64,000 bases of DNA from Candidatus Buchananbacteria bacterium (GTDB lineage Bacteria > Patescibacteriota > Patescibacteriia > 2-01-FULL-39-33): assembly GCA_030650095.1 (NCBI GenBank), contig JAUSEE010000001.1, positions 8,199 through 72,198 on the forward strand, read 5' to 3'. Both the position numbers and the translations under genes were made by a program. The notes beneath the pieces are model-generated. The model searched no databases, was not told where the DNA came from, and worked only from the letters and a program-made list of their open reading frames with translations. Numbering within the stretch: position 1 is the stretch's first letter; each line of letters opens with the position of its first letter. This document shows positions 10,822 to 20,763 of this stretch, in pieces.

Positions 10822-11604
10822 TTAAAACCAGCTTAAATACCAATTAATTATGCCCTGTCCCCAGAATAGAGCGATGATTGTTCCAATAGCCAAAAAAGTG
10901 CCGAAAGGAATCTGGGATTTTAATTTCTTTTTTCCGCCTATAACAAAGAGAATGGAAATCACAGCCCCGATGATATAAGAAAAAAACAAAGCGACAATAA
11001 CAGCTTTAGCTCCCAGCATCAAACCCATCAAAGCGCCCAGACGCAGATCTCCTCCCCCAATCCAACTCCCTTTGGAAATAAAAAATTGCAAAGCGAAAAA
11101 ACCAAAACCGATAATTGCGCCTGTGAACAGATTAAAGAAAGAAAAACCGATGATCAGATTTAAAATCAAAGCCACAGCCATGGCCGAAAAGGTTATCCGG
11201 TCTAAAATAAGATACCACCTTAGATCATAAACAAAAATAACCACCAAAAAACTGATAAAAATAAGATTCCTAAGCCAAATCAAAAAAACCGATGAATTGT
11301 AAAAAAGATTATCAAAACTAAGCGGGCCGATAATATTATAGGTGGCTAAAACAAATAATAAGCCGGTGGTCAGTTCCACCAGCGGATACTGCCAAGATAT
11401 TTTTTTATGGCAATAGCGGCACTTCCCCGCCTGGATTATAAAGATAAAAATAGGGATGAGATCAATGGGTTCAAGAACATGGTGGCAGTGGGGGCAACTG
11501 GATCGTGATTTTACAATATTACCGCCCTCATGGATTCTAATGATAACCACATTTAAAAAACTGCCGATAACTGCCCCGAAAATAAATATTAATAGATAAA
11601 GCAT
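10822..11604 (-). CDS. pilD: Prepilin peptidase (A24)
   Basis: GSFLNVVI.R, RSSCPHC...GKCRYC, YDL and GGGD catalytic Asp motifs, IPFGTFL. Confidence 0.95.
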   Translation of the reverse strand: MLYLLIFIFGAVIGSFLNVVIIRIHEGGNIVKSRSSCPHCHHVLEPIDLIPIFIFIIQAGKCRYCHKKISWQYPLVELTTGLLFVLATYNIIGPLSFDNLFYNSSVFLIWLRNLIFISFLVVIFVYDLRWYLILDRITFSAMAVALILNLIIGFSFFNLFTGAIIGFGFFALQFFISKGSWIGGGDLRLGALMGLMLGAKAVIVALFFSYIIGAVISILFVIGGKKKLKSQIPFGTFLAIGTIIALFWGQGIINWYLSWF

Positions 11605-11621
11605 TGGATATAATTCTAAAT

Positions 11622-12029
11622 TTACCTGCCCAAACCTTCTTTAGTCAAAGCATACTTACCACTGGGCAGGCCCAGTAAACTGCCCTCCAAATAAAATTCC
11701 ACTCTAAAATTATCATCAGCCATTTGCGCCACCACATACCTTAAGTTGTCTAAATTAACAGGATCAATTATGTTAGCCGTATTTAAAGTTTTATCGCCCT
11801 GGCCGGCGCAAAAGTTTATCAGAGAGCCTTCACTGCATTCCGGTATCTTATAAGTATTGAATTTAAAAAAGTAAATGTTCATTTCCGATTCCAAAACTCT
11901 CATATCGCCCAACCTCTCATAATCTCGGCTTCTGGTGGAATTATAAAAAAACCACCATAGTAACAATATTATGGCAAAAATTAATAAAATGAAGTAAATA
12001 ATGGTTTTAAGACGTACTTTAAAAGGCAT
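11622..12029 (-). CDS. Pilin/pseudopilin-like membrane-anchored protein
   Basis: N-terminal hydrophobic helix followed by RSRDYERLGDMR, resembling the pilin alpha-helix. Confidence 0.55.
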   Translation of the reverse strand: MPFKVRLKTIIYFILLIFAIILLLWWFFYNSTRSRDYERLGDMRVLESEMNIYFFKFNTYKIPECSEGSLINFCAGQGDKTLNTANIIDPVNLDNLRYVVAQMADDNFRVEFYLEGSLLGLPSGKYALTKEGLGR

Positions 12030-12034
12030 AATAA

Positions 12035-12220
12035 TAAATCACAAATTAAAAATCATAAATAACAAATGAATTACAATAACCAAAATTACAAAAATATTTT
12101 TTAAATTTTGAATGTTTTAGGCTCTTTTTACCTGCCATAAATACTATTTGGACCTGCCCGCCATTGCCTAAAGACATGGCCGATGGCAGGCGGGGCTTGA
12201 TATTTTTAATTTGATATTTA
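12035..12220. repeat. AT-rich heptamer-periodic inverted repeat with nested GC palindrome (12152-12194)
   Basis: aaatcacaaatt/aaattacaa repeats vs ttgatattt repeats; CCTGCCCGCCATTGCC...GGCCGATGGCAGGCGGG. Confidence 0.5.
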
Positions 12221-12251
12221 TACTATTATACCATAAAACATGGTCATAACA

Positions 12252-12278
12252 AAAATCCCCCAAAAATTGGGGGATTTT
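12252..12278. terminator. Intrinsic terminator after the major pilin
   Basis: AAAATCCCCCAA-aaa-TTGGGGGATTTT. Confidence 0.8.
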
Positions 12279-12298
12279 ATATCAAAACCGGATAAAAA

Positions 12299-12697
12299 CT
12301 AGGGGCAAACCGGAGAAGCAGCCGTTGGATCGGTAGCACTTTCTACGGCTTGACCGGTAGAGTCAACGCAGAAATTACCGGTGGCCGAACACAAATCAGC
12401 ATAAGCAGCCCAAGCTGTGTCGCCAGTTCCGCCTACAACCACCTGATAAGCGGTTTCGTCGCTACAAGCTGGTGGAACAATAGCAGGAGTAACATCACCA
12501 ACATCAAAACCGGTGTAAACACCTGTTTCAAAAGTCACAGCGGCGAAAGTTCTAAGTTGGGATAAATCGCTCTTGATTTGAGCATCGTTAGCCTTATTTC
12601 TGGCCGTATTTAAAGAAACAACAGCCAAAGAAGAAAGCAAGCCGATGATAGCAATAACCACCAACAATTCAATTAAAGTAAAACCTTTTTTATTCAT
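12299..12697 (-). CDS. Type IV major pilin candidate (start reassigned to MNKKG)
   Basis: KKG|FTLIELLVVIAIIGLLSS; own extended -10 promoter (TGGTATAAT near 12831-12839) and terminator. Confidence 0.9.
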   Translation of the reverse strand: MNKKGFTLIELLVVIAIIGLLSSLAVVSLNTARNKANDAQIKSDLSQLRTFAAVTFETGVYTGFDVGDVTPAIVPPACSDETAYQVVVGGTGDTAWAAYADLCSATGNFCVDSTGQAVESATDPTAASPVCP

Positions 12698-12860
12698 AAA
12701 ATAAATTATTAATTTTCTTGATTTTTGTCCACTCGAGTGGATGAAAACCTGAATTGGATACTTATCCAATCAAGCATTCTTAGACTTTTCTCGACCTTTT
12801 ATTTTTTAATAATATCCACAGTCTGATTACATTATACCACAAAAAACATAATTGTCTTAA

Positions 12861-14072
12861 TTAAAATACAGCTGACAATTGCCACATGGGCAGTATGACA
12901 GCCGCCACAAACCCGCCCACTACTATGCCCAGGATTATCATAATGAGCGGTTCTATCAGTACCGACAAATTAGCCACCGAATTATCAATTTCCCGGCTGT
13001 AAAATTCCGTAATTTTATCCAAAATATCTTCCAATTTGCCGGTTTCTTCACCCACGTTTATCATCTGCGAAACCAAAGCCGGCATATATTTATTAGCTAA
13101 AATACTTTCCGAGAGCGAACCGCCTTCGTCAACATCTTTAATCGTCTGATCAATCATCTCTTCATAGATAACATTGCCCACAACACGCTTAACCACCTTC
13201 AAAGCTCGGGAAACCGGCACGCCGCCCTTGAGCAGAGTATTTAAACTCCTGGTCATGCGCACTACATAAATATTGACGGCAATCGTGCCAAAGCCTGGCA
13301 CTTTTATTTTAAATAGATCAAAGATTCTTCTGCCTTTTATTGTTCTTCTGGTAAAAAAGAAAAAGCCGTTGACAATTGCTACCACTAATATGACAACTAA
13401 GAACCAATAATATTTAAGGAAATCGGCTAGGCCGATTAAAATCCTGGTAACTAGTGGCAGACGCGCTCCCGAATCCTTTAAAACCTGAGTCATTTGCGGA
13501 ACAACAAAAATCATAATAATCAAACCGACAATAAACAAACCGGCCAAGATAATAGCTGGGTAAATCATGGCGCCTCTTACTTTTGATTGCAAATCATAAT
13601 CCTTCCCTTGCTGATCGGCTAAATAAATCATCACCTCGCTCAAGCGCCCGGAACTCTCGCCGGAAGCTATAATATTAGTGTAAAAATCGCTAAAAACATG
13701 GGGATAAGTCGCCATGGCTTGGGATAATTTAGCGCCGCCATCCACCTCATCGGCGATGCCGGCTATGATGGATTTAAAATATTTGTTATCAGACTGTTTA
13801 ACTAATATCCCCAAAGCTTTGACAATGGGCAGATTAGCGTCCACCATCACCGACAACTGCCGGAAAAATATGACTTTTTCCTTAACTTTAACTTTATTTA
13901 AAAAACCAAGAATTTTATTCTCAAAATATTTATAATTTTGTTTTTTAATTTCCAAAACTGACAGTCCCTTTTCCAACAGCAAAATAACCACCACATCTTC
14001 CGATATGGCGTCAACCACGCCCTCAATCAGCTGATTTTTTTCATTTTTAGCTTTGTAGGAAAATAATGACAT
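12861..14072 (-). CDS. pilC: Type IV pilus platform protein PilC/GspF
   Basis: FFRQLSVMVDANL, GESSGRL, AMIYP, GEETGKL, IEPLIMIILG. Confidence 0.95.
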   Translation of the reverse strand: MSLFSYKAKNEKNQLIEGVVDAISEDVVVILLLEKGLSVLEIKKQNYKYFENKILGFLNKVKVKEKVIFFRQLSVMVDANLPIVKALGILVKQSDNKYFKSIIAGIADEVDGGAKLSQAMATYPHVFSDFYTNIIASGESSGRLSEVMIYLADQQGKDYDLQSKVRGAMIYPAIILAGLFIVGLIIMIFVVPQMTQVLKDSGARLPLVTRILIGLADFLKYYWFLVVILVVAIVNGFFFFTRRTIKGRRIFDLFKIKVPGFGTIAVNIYVVRMTRSLNTLLKGGVPVSRALKVVKRVVGNVIYEEMIDQTIKDVDEGGSLSESILANKYMPALVSQMINVGEETGKLEDILDKITEFYSREIDNSVANLSVLIEPLIMIILGIVVGGFVAAVILPMWQLSAVF

Positions 14073-14082
14073 TGATTTTAAT

Positions 14083-15150
14083 TTATCTTAAAGATGATTC
14101 TAAGATCTTCTTATCGGTGGCGTTATCCAGGGCAACTTCCCTGGAAACTTCCATGGATTTTACTAATTTTGCTAGAACATAATTAAAAGATACCATGCCT
14201 TCATTTCTGGAAGTCTGAATTATATTTTCTAGGCCGGCTACATTGCCACTTAAAATAATGGATTTAATAGCTTCATTGATTATTAAAATTTCCTGGATAA
14301 TGGTTACACCGCCTCCTATTTTAGGAATGACTTTCTGGCAGATTATGGCTTCCAAGGAAGTAGCCAGTAAATCCCTCACCCTTTCCTGGTCATAGGCTGG
14401 AAACATATCCAAAATACGAGCAATCGTATTGGAGGCCGAATCGGCGCTGACCGAGCTAAAAACAAGCGAGCTCCTGGCTATTTCCAGAGCAGGCGGAATT
14501 ACTTCCGGTTTATTCATCTCCTCCAAGAAAAGGACATCGCCGTTTTCTTCTTCAAAATATTTCAAAGCCTCCACAAAAGAATTGGTGTCAAGGCCCACTT
14601 CCCTTTGTTCAATAATGCTCTGATTATTGGTAAAAACATATTCTATCGGATCTTCAATGGTTATAATATACTCTTTACGAGACCTATTTATCTCTTCAAT
14701 CAAAGCGGCAATGGTGGTAGACCGGCCGGCGCCAAAGGGACCGGAAACTATGATAAGACCGCTTTTCCTTTTAACTAAATCAGACAAGATGGGGTTTAAT
14801 TTTAATGATTCCAGCGTTGGGACTTGGAGGGGTATATACCTTAAAGACACCGACAAAAAGCCACGCTGATAAAAAATATTTATTTTAAATCTTAAGTTAC
14901 TATCAAAATTATAAGCCAAGACAATTTCTTTATTGTCTGATAACTTCTTTTTATTCTTGCCGTCAAGCAGAAAATCCACTACGGCTTGCATAAAATCCTG
15001 GGTGATAACCGCCTGATCATCCAAAGAAACCAATTCGTCATCTATCCTTAAAACTGGATTATTGCCAACCGAAAAATGGAGATCGGAGGCCCCCCTTTTG
15101 ACAGCATCGGTTAAAATATTTTTAATGATTAGTTCTTGACTTACTGACAT
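14083..15150 (-). CDS. pilT: PilT/PilU-family retraction ATPase homolog with degenerate catalytic motifs
   Basis: ASDLHFSVG, TIEDPIEY, QREVG.DT; Walker A reads GPFGAGRST and the His boxes are lost. Confidence 0.8.
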   Translation of the reverse strand: MSVSQELIIKNILTDAVKRGASDLHFSVGNNPVLRIDDELVSLDDQAVITQDFMQAVVDFLLDGKNKKKLSDNKEIVLAYNFDSNLRFKINIFYQRGFLSVSLRYIPLQVPTLESLKLNPILSDLVKRKSGLIIVSGPFGAGRSTTIAALIEEINRSRKEYIITIEDPIEYVFTNNQSIIEQREVGLDTNSFVEALKYFEEENGDVLFLEEMNKPEVIPPALEIARSSLVFSSVSADSASNTIARILDMFPAYDQERVRDLLATSLEAIICQKVIPKIGGGVTIIQEILIINEAIKSIILSGNVAGLENIIQTSRNEGMVSFNYVLAKLVKSMEVSREVALDNATDKKILESSLR

Positions 15151-15178
15151 AAGTTTACATCCTAGTAGATTAACTGGT

Positions 15179-15565
15179 TCATTTGATTTTTACCAAATCC
15201 TTTATTTTCGCCACTACTTCGGAGGGCATAAAATGAGCCTTGATTAAATAATCATTGGCTCCCAAACTCAAGCCCCTTTCCACATCGGCTTTCTGGCTTA
15301 AATTGGTTAAAAGGATAATGGGAATATCCTTTAACTTATGATCTTTTTTAATATTTTCCAAAACTACAAAACCATTTATTTTGGGCAAAATCAAATCCAA
15401 AAGAACTACAGCCGGTTTCTTTTTAGAAACCAATTCCAAACCTTTCTCGCCATCATAAGCCACATAAACATCAAAGCCTTCCAACTCAAATTTGGTTTTA
15501 TAAAGATCGGCCAAAAAAACATCGTCTTCTATAATTAAAATAGGAATGTGATTCTTTTTAAACAT
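15179..15565 (-). CDS. Single-domain response regulator (receiver)
   Basis: ILIIEDD, LLDLILPKING, IILLTN, DYLIK. Confidence 0.92.
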   Translation of the reverse strand: MFKKNHIPILIIEDDVFLADLYKTKFELEGFDVYVAYDGEKGLELVSKKKPAVVLLDLILPKINGFVVLENIKKDHKLKDIPIILLTNLSQKADVERGLSLGANDYLIKAHFMPSEVVAKIKDLVKIK

Positions 15566-15592
15566 AATATCTATAATAAATTATTAATCTAA

Positions 15593-17338
15593 CTAGCTTT
15601 GGGAAGCTCTGATAATTTCTTCCACCGTGGTGATGCCTTTCAGGCATTTGATGATTCCATCCTGCATTAGAGTTACAAAGCCCTGTTTCTTCATCAAGGC
15701 CCTGACATCATCCATGACAAAATCCCTGGCTATCAAATCCCGGAATTCGCTGCTGATTTCTAGAATCTCGGCCACAACCGTTCGGCTCACATAGCCGGTA
15801 TTGCCGCATTCAACACAGCCGGCGCCTTTATAAAAATCATACTGGCCGCGGAATTCTTTCAAATATTGTTCGGGCATATCTTCTATTTCTTTCATAACTA
15901 TTTTTTCGGCTGTCGACGGCAATTTCATCTTTTGCTTGCAACTCGGGCAAATTTTTCTCACTAGGCGCTGGGCCATTAAAATATTTAAAGTGGAAGCCAA
16001 AAGAAACGGCTCTCCTTTCATATCAATCAAGCGCGGAATGGCTCCCCAAGCGCTGTTAGTGTGAAGGGTGGAGAAAACCAAATGGCCGGTTAGGCCGGCA
16101 TGAACAACCAGCTCGGCGGTTTCATTGTCTCTTATTTCTCCCACCATGATAACATTGGGATCTTGGCGCAAAATAGCTCTAAGGCCCGAAGCGAAATTAA
16201 AGCCTATTTCCGGACTAATCTGCGATTGGTTAATGCCTTCGATATAATATTCAATCGGATCTTCCAGGGTGGTGATATTTATGCCTTCGCCGTTTAGCAT
16301 ATTTAAAACAGAATAAAGAGCAGTTGTTTTACCGCTGCCGGTCGGGCCGGTTAACAAAAATATGCCGTGGGGCTTGGTGATATTATTGTCTATAATTTTA
16401 ATATGATATTCGCTAAAGCCTAATTCGGTAAGATTAGGTATGCCGGCTGAAGTGTCCAAAACCCTCATCACCACCTTTTCGGCATTTAACATGGGGAAAA
16501 CAGAAACCCTCAAATCGATTTCATCGCCGTTTAATTTCATTCTAATACGTCCGTCTTGTGGTTTCCTGGTTTCATCTAATTTTAAATTTGCCAAAACTTT
16601 TATCCTGGAAACAACGGCATTATAAAGATAGCCGGGCAAAGTGATAGTGGTGTGTAAAACGCCGTCAACCCGATACCTCACGCGCCCATCGCGATGTTTT
16701 GGTTCGATATGAATATCAGACGCCCCGCCCTCAACGGCGTGCCGGATTATAACCGAAACTATCTTGGCTACCGGCGCTGATTTTATAACATCAACACTGT
16801 CACCGGTTTCTTCCAAGTTTATATTTTCAGCCTGCTCGCCTTCGGTGAACTTTTCTCGGGCTGATTCCAGCGCTGTGCCGATTTCTTTTTTAAATCCGCT
16901 ATATTGCCTAACAATACTTTGATAATCAGACAAAGAGATGGAGAAATATTGAGGTGTAAGGCCTTGCTGGCCAGCCAAAAATTCAATAGCCTCTTGCGCT
17001 TTAAAATCTTGCGGATTAACCAACCCAACCTTAATAATTTCATCTTGCTTGTCAAAAATAACCATTTCATAGTTTTTAGCCACTTTTTGAGGCAATAGAT
17101 TTAATATTTCCGGTTCCACCTTGGCATCCGATAAACTAATCGACTCCATATTAAAAGCTTGCCCCTTAATTTTCGCGAAATCATCAGGAGAAAATATATT
17201 TTTAGATACAAAAACTTCTTCCGCTGATTTAGCGGAAACTTCCATTTCTTGTTCTACAGCCAAAAGCTGTTCTGATGTTATCAGGCTTTTTTGCAGCAGA
17301 AAATCTTTTATCTGTTCTAATTTTCTTTTATTATCCAT
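15593..17338 (-). CDS. pilB: Type IV pilus assembly ATPase PilB/GspE
   Basis: GPTGSGKTT, TLEDPIEY, LRQDPNVIMVGEIRD, GHLVFSTLHTN, tetra-Cys motif. Confidence 0.96.
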   Translation of the reverse strand: MDNKRKLEQIKDFLLQKSLITSEQLLAVEQEMEVSAKSAEEVFVSKNIFSPDDFAKIKGQAFNMESISLSDAKVEPEILNLLPQKVAKNYEMVIFDKQDEIIKVGLVNPQDFKAQEAIEFLAGQQGLTPQYFSISLSDYQSIVRQYSGFKKEIGTALESAREKFTEGEQAENINLEETGDSVDVIKSAPVAKIVSVIIRHAVEGGASDIHIEPKHRDGRVRYRVDGVLHTTITLPGYLYNAVVSRIKVLANLKLDETRKPQDGRIRMKLNGDEIDLRVSVFPMLNAEKVVMRVLDTSAGIPNLTELGFSEYHIKIIDNNITKPHGIFLLTGPTGSGKTTALYSVLNMLNGEGINITTLEDPIEYYIEGINQSQISPEIGFNFASGLRAILRQDPNVIMVGEIRDNETAELVVHAGLTGHLVFSTLHTNSAWGAIPRLIDMKGEPFLLASTLNILMAQRLVRKICPSCKQKMKLPSTAEKIVMKEIEDMPEQYLKEFRGQYDFYKGAGCVECGNTGYVSRTVVAEILEISSEFRDLIARDFVMDDVRALMKKQGFVTLMQDGIIKCLKGITTVEEIIRASQS

Positions 17339-17341
17339 GGT

Positions 17342-17629
17342 TTATGGTGTTTTCGGCTTAAACGGATCACCTCGATTCGGGTTGGCTTGGTCAATTGATA
17401 TCGGCCATTCGCCGTAATGCCTTAATTGGCTAAGTTCACTAATGATTTTTTGTTTTAACTCCTTATCAATAGTCGTTCTAAGCAAAGGAGTTGTCACAAT
17501 TTGATAATCATTGCCTAAAACCAATTTCTTGATATTGGGCCAAAATAGCCAGCCAATTATAAAAATAATTATTATTATCACAATAATGGCTAAGAAACTT
17601 TTAGATAATTTTTTATGGCTTAAAATCAT
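17342..17629 (-). CDS. Small membrane protein, PilP-like position (start reassigned)
   Basis: TM helix and C-terminal RGDPF; lies between pilO and pilB. Confidence 0.55.
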   Translation of the reverse strand: MILSHKKLSKSFLAIIVIIIIIFIIGWLFWPNIKKLVLGNDYQIVTTPLLRTTIDKELKQKIISELSQLRHYGEWPISIDQANPNRGDPFKPKTP

Positions 17630-17633
17630 AATT

Positions 17634-18257
17634 CTACTCACTGGGATAATAATAAGTTGATAATTCCAATTTATAACCGGCTTCTTCCGGCGTGAAACTG
17701 ATGGCTTTGACGTCAAAAATCATCAGACTTGATTCCAAAGCTTCTATGAATCTGCCAAAATTGCCATAATTATTTCCGCCCAAACCGCTGACTTTCATTT
17801 CCAAATCAACTCTTTTTATATGGCCGTCTTTTAAGCCGTTATCCGCCGCCTCACTCGCTTGGATATTTTCCACGATAAAACTATGCTCACTCGCCAATTG
17901 GGTTAATTGGATGATGACCGAAGATAAATCAAACTTTCCAGGCAAGGCCAAACTAAGCTGCCTTTCTTCCTCGGGAGTAAACTCAATTATTTTATTGGAA
18001 TACTGGCTTAAGAATTCGCTATCGGCTTTGAGTTTGGCCACTTCTTCTTGCAAGGCCGTAAAAGATTTATCTTGAGCTGATTTCATTTTCCATTTGGGCG
18101 CAACAATTAAATAATAGCCGACCAGCAAAATAATAATGACAACTAAAACAACAATAAGCTTGAAATATTTATTTAAAGCTTCGGCATATCTTTTACCCGA
18201 TTTGGATTGGTGGTTATTATTTTCCACCGCCTTGTTTATCTCTTTTATCTCGGCCAT
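17634..18257 (-). CDS. pilO: PilO-like alignment protein
   Basis: TM helix, coiled coil, ALP...LTQLA, Y..FGRFIEALE; synteny with pilM/N. Confidence 0.75.
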   Translation of the reverse strand: MAEIKEINKAVENNNHQSKSGKRYAEALNKYFKLIVVLVVIIILLVGYYLIVAPKWKMKSAQDKSFTALQEEVAKLKADSEFLSQYSNKIIEFTPEEERQLSLALPGKFDLSSVIIQLTQLASEHSFIVENIQASEAADNGLKDGHIKRVDLEMKVSGLGGNNYGNFGRFIEALESSLMIFDVKAISFTPEEAGYKLELSTYYYPSE

Positions 18258-18293
18258 CTATGTTGGATTAATATTATGATGTTACTTTTGAAT

Positions 18294-19520
18294 TTATTTG
18301 GTAAAAACCCCGTCAGTTAAAGCCAGATTTATCTCGAATTTTACTCCCTTAACTCCGGCATTATCACCGCTGACAACCTCCAGATTATTGACTTTTATTT
18401 GGCTGACAAAATCATCAGCCTGCTCTAAAGCGGTTATTTGCCGAGCGGCTTTCCTATAGCTATCAGCTATTTGTTCTTCAACCGTATTGCCGCTGCCAAT
18501 GGAGGCCACGGCCGGCAACATGAATTCTCCGGATGTGTCGGCAGTAAATTCGGTATAATAAACATCATCCAGCGTGTATCTTTCCAGCAAGCTAAAGAAT
18601 TTGGTCCAATAAATATGCTTTTGAAGCAATTTATTTATAGCTAATAACTTGTCCTGCAACATGATATTTTTTTGCTGAATATCCTTAAAACCGTTAATAT
18701 ACGAAACTAATTCGCCCTTGTTTTTATTAAGCTGGGAAATTTTTTCTTGAGTGGACTTTTGTTGTAAATCAATGACCGTATAAGCTAAAGTGACTATCAA
18801 GGCCGGAATAACTACGGCTAATATTATGCCGATAATTTGTTGGCGGCCCTTGGGATATTTTCTAAATAAAAGCTCTTCGGGTATCAGGTTTATATCCAAT
18901 TTTGATTTTTCCATTTTAGGAGCGGTGTGATATTTACCCTTTATTTTTTCCGGCGCCTTGGGAGATTCAATTGTCTTTTTCGGCCAGGCTTTTTTATCTA
19001 TTTTCGCCGGCTTTGGAACCCTGGGCTGGGGAGAAAAAATATTTTTCCACTTGGCAAAAAATCCTCTCTTTTTAGGGGTATGGTTGTATTTAAAGTCTAC
19101 TTGCCTCTCCAGCGATTTTCTTATCGGTTCGCTGGGCATCTGTCTGGGCGCAATTTTTTCGGCACTAGGCTGTTTAACCGGTTGCGCTGGACCGGAGCTT
19201 AAAAAATTACCCTGGGGCCTGTATACAGATCGTCCCCTATTTTCTTGATATTTAATAGTCTGGTTTTTAACGGGTTCCGGCCAAGTATTTTTTTGTTCAA
19301 ACAGCGGAGTCTTGGCTAGAGAAGCTGGCTTTATTTTCCGGCCGAAAATTTCCGACCACATGGATCGGATCGGCTTAGATGGCTTTACCTGGGCAGTAGC
19401 ACTATCTTTTTTGCCGGCTGACAAATCAATGGTAAAAACTTTAGGCTTTTTAGCCGCTCTAAGCGCTTCTTTTTGTTCTCTGCTTCTCATTTCTTCCGGC
19501 AGAAGATTTATATTAGCCAT
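18294..19520 (-). CDS. pilN: PilN-like protein with long Pro/Lys-rich N-terminal extension
   Basis: INLLPEE and INLIPEE motifs, TM helix, coiled coil; follows pilM. Confidence 0.7.
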   Translation of the reverse strand: MANINLLPEEMRSREQKEALRAAKKPKVFTIDLSAGKKDSATAQVKPSKPIRSMWSEIFGRKIKPASLAKTPLFEQKNTWPEPVKNQTIKYQENRGRSVYRPQGNFLSSGPAQPVKQPSAEKIAPRQMPSEPIRKSLERQVDFKYNHTPKKRGFFAKWKNIFSPQPRVPKPAKIDKKAWPKKTIESPKAPEKIKGKYHTAPKMEKSKLDINLIPEELLFRKYPKGRQQIIGIILAVVIPALIVTLAYTVIDLQQKSTQEKISQLNKNKGELVSYINGFKDIQQKNIMLQDKLLAINKLLQKHIYWTKFFSLLERYTLDDVYYTEFTADTSGEFMLPAVASIGSGNTVEEQIADSYRKAARQITALEQADDFVSQIKVNNLEVVSGDNAGVKGVKFEINLALTDGVFTK

Positions 19521-19620
19521 GTTTTTTACTTAGCTTTTTAGTTGATCAGCTAGTTAGGATTTAGTCGTATTTATTTTATAAACATCGCCTAACAAGCCTT
19601 GAAACTATGATCTAATTAGA

Positions 19621-20739
19621 TTACTCTATATCCCTCATGGACAAGCCCACGGCTATGGCGAACTTAGCGCCCAACCGGTCTAAAATCGGTTTTAATTCGG
19701 TAGGAAAAATAATTCTAGCCCAAGGATCGCCAATATAAGTATTAATATTCAACACTTTAGAAATATAACCTGGCAAATTGCCCAAAAGAGACGAACCGCC
19801 GGTTAAAATTATTTTTTCCACTTTTTTCTTGTTTTGCTCTTGATAAGAATTGAGGGTGTATTTAATTTCGTTTAAAATAGGAGAAAAGGCTTTTTCCACG
19901 GTTTGAGGCAAAGAGTTATCGGCTGTTTCGGAACCCAAGGATAAATCCTGCTTAAATTGCTCGGCTCGGTCAAAATTAACATTCAAACTGTTGGAAATAG
20001 CTCGAGTCATAACCGTTCCGCCCATTTCCAAACTGCGACTTAAAACCGGTATGCCTTTCTCCACCATCGCTATGCTGGAAGTGCTGGCGCCGAAATCAAC
20101 CAGCATAATAGTTGATTTGTCATTGCCCACCAGCGATCTGATTAAGGCAAAATTTTCCGTTTCCAAGCTTAAAAGAGTCAAACCGGCCACATTGAATATA
20201 TCAACATATTTTCTCACCAGGCTCTTGCTGGCCCCCGTGAGCAGAATCCTTAAATTTTTTTGCGGCTTGGAAAAGATCTTGCTCATGGGTTTATTAGCTT
20301 GGTTTTCACCATAGCTTTGACTAAAATCTGATATTTTAGAGCCGTCGCTTTCCTCTATTTCTTCTATTATTTTCCAATCCAATATTATATCTTCCAGCGG
20401 CATGGGAATTATCTTTTTCGCTTCCCAGCTGATAGCCGAAGCTAGTTCTTTTTTAGGCAGATTGGGCAGATTTAATATTGAAGTAAAAACAGAAAAATTG
20501 GGCAAAGCCGCAATAACTTTTTTGGAAGATGTTTTGGCTTTAGCGCATATTTCATTGATAATAGCCGCCGTGCCAGCTGTATCGTCAACCAAATTTCTTA
20601 TTTCAGCCGGCTTTTTTTCTATAAACCCATAAGTCACCAATCTGGGCCGGCCCTTGAAATTAGAAAGTTCAATCACCTTGATAGATGATGTTCCTATATC
20701 AATTCCTAAATAACTTGATTTTGAAGAAAAAATACCCAT
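19621..20739 (-). CDS. pilM: Type IV pilus assembly protein PilM
   Basis: GIDIGTSSIKVIEL, VDFGASTS, ILTGGSS, FAIAVGLSMR (actin-like fold). Confidence 0.95.
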   Translation of the reverse strand: MGIFSSKSSYLGIDIGTSSIKVIELSNFKGRPRLVTYGFIEKKPAEIRNLVDDTAGTAAIINEICAKAKTSSKKVIAALPNFSVFTSILNLPNLPKKELASAISWEAKKIIPMPLEDIILDWKIIEEIEESDGSKISDFSQSYGENQANKPMSKIFSKPQKNLRILLTGASKSLVRKYVDIFNVAGLTLLSLETENFALIRSLVGNDKSTIMLVDFGASTSSIAMVEKGIPVLSRSLEMGGTVMTRAISNSLNVNFDRAEQFKQDLSLGSETADNSLPQTVEKAFSPILNEIKYTLNSYQEQNKKKVEKIILTGGSSLLGNLPGYISKVLNINTYIGDPWARIIFPTELKPILDRLGAKFAIAVGLSMRDIE

Positions 20740-20763
20740 AAACTATTACGCTTTTATTTAAAA

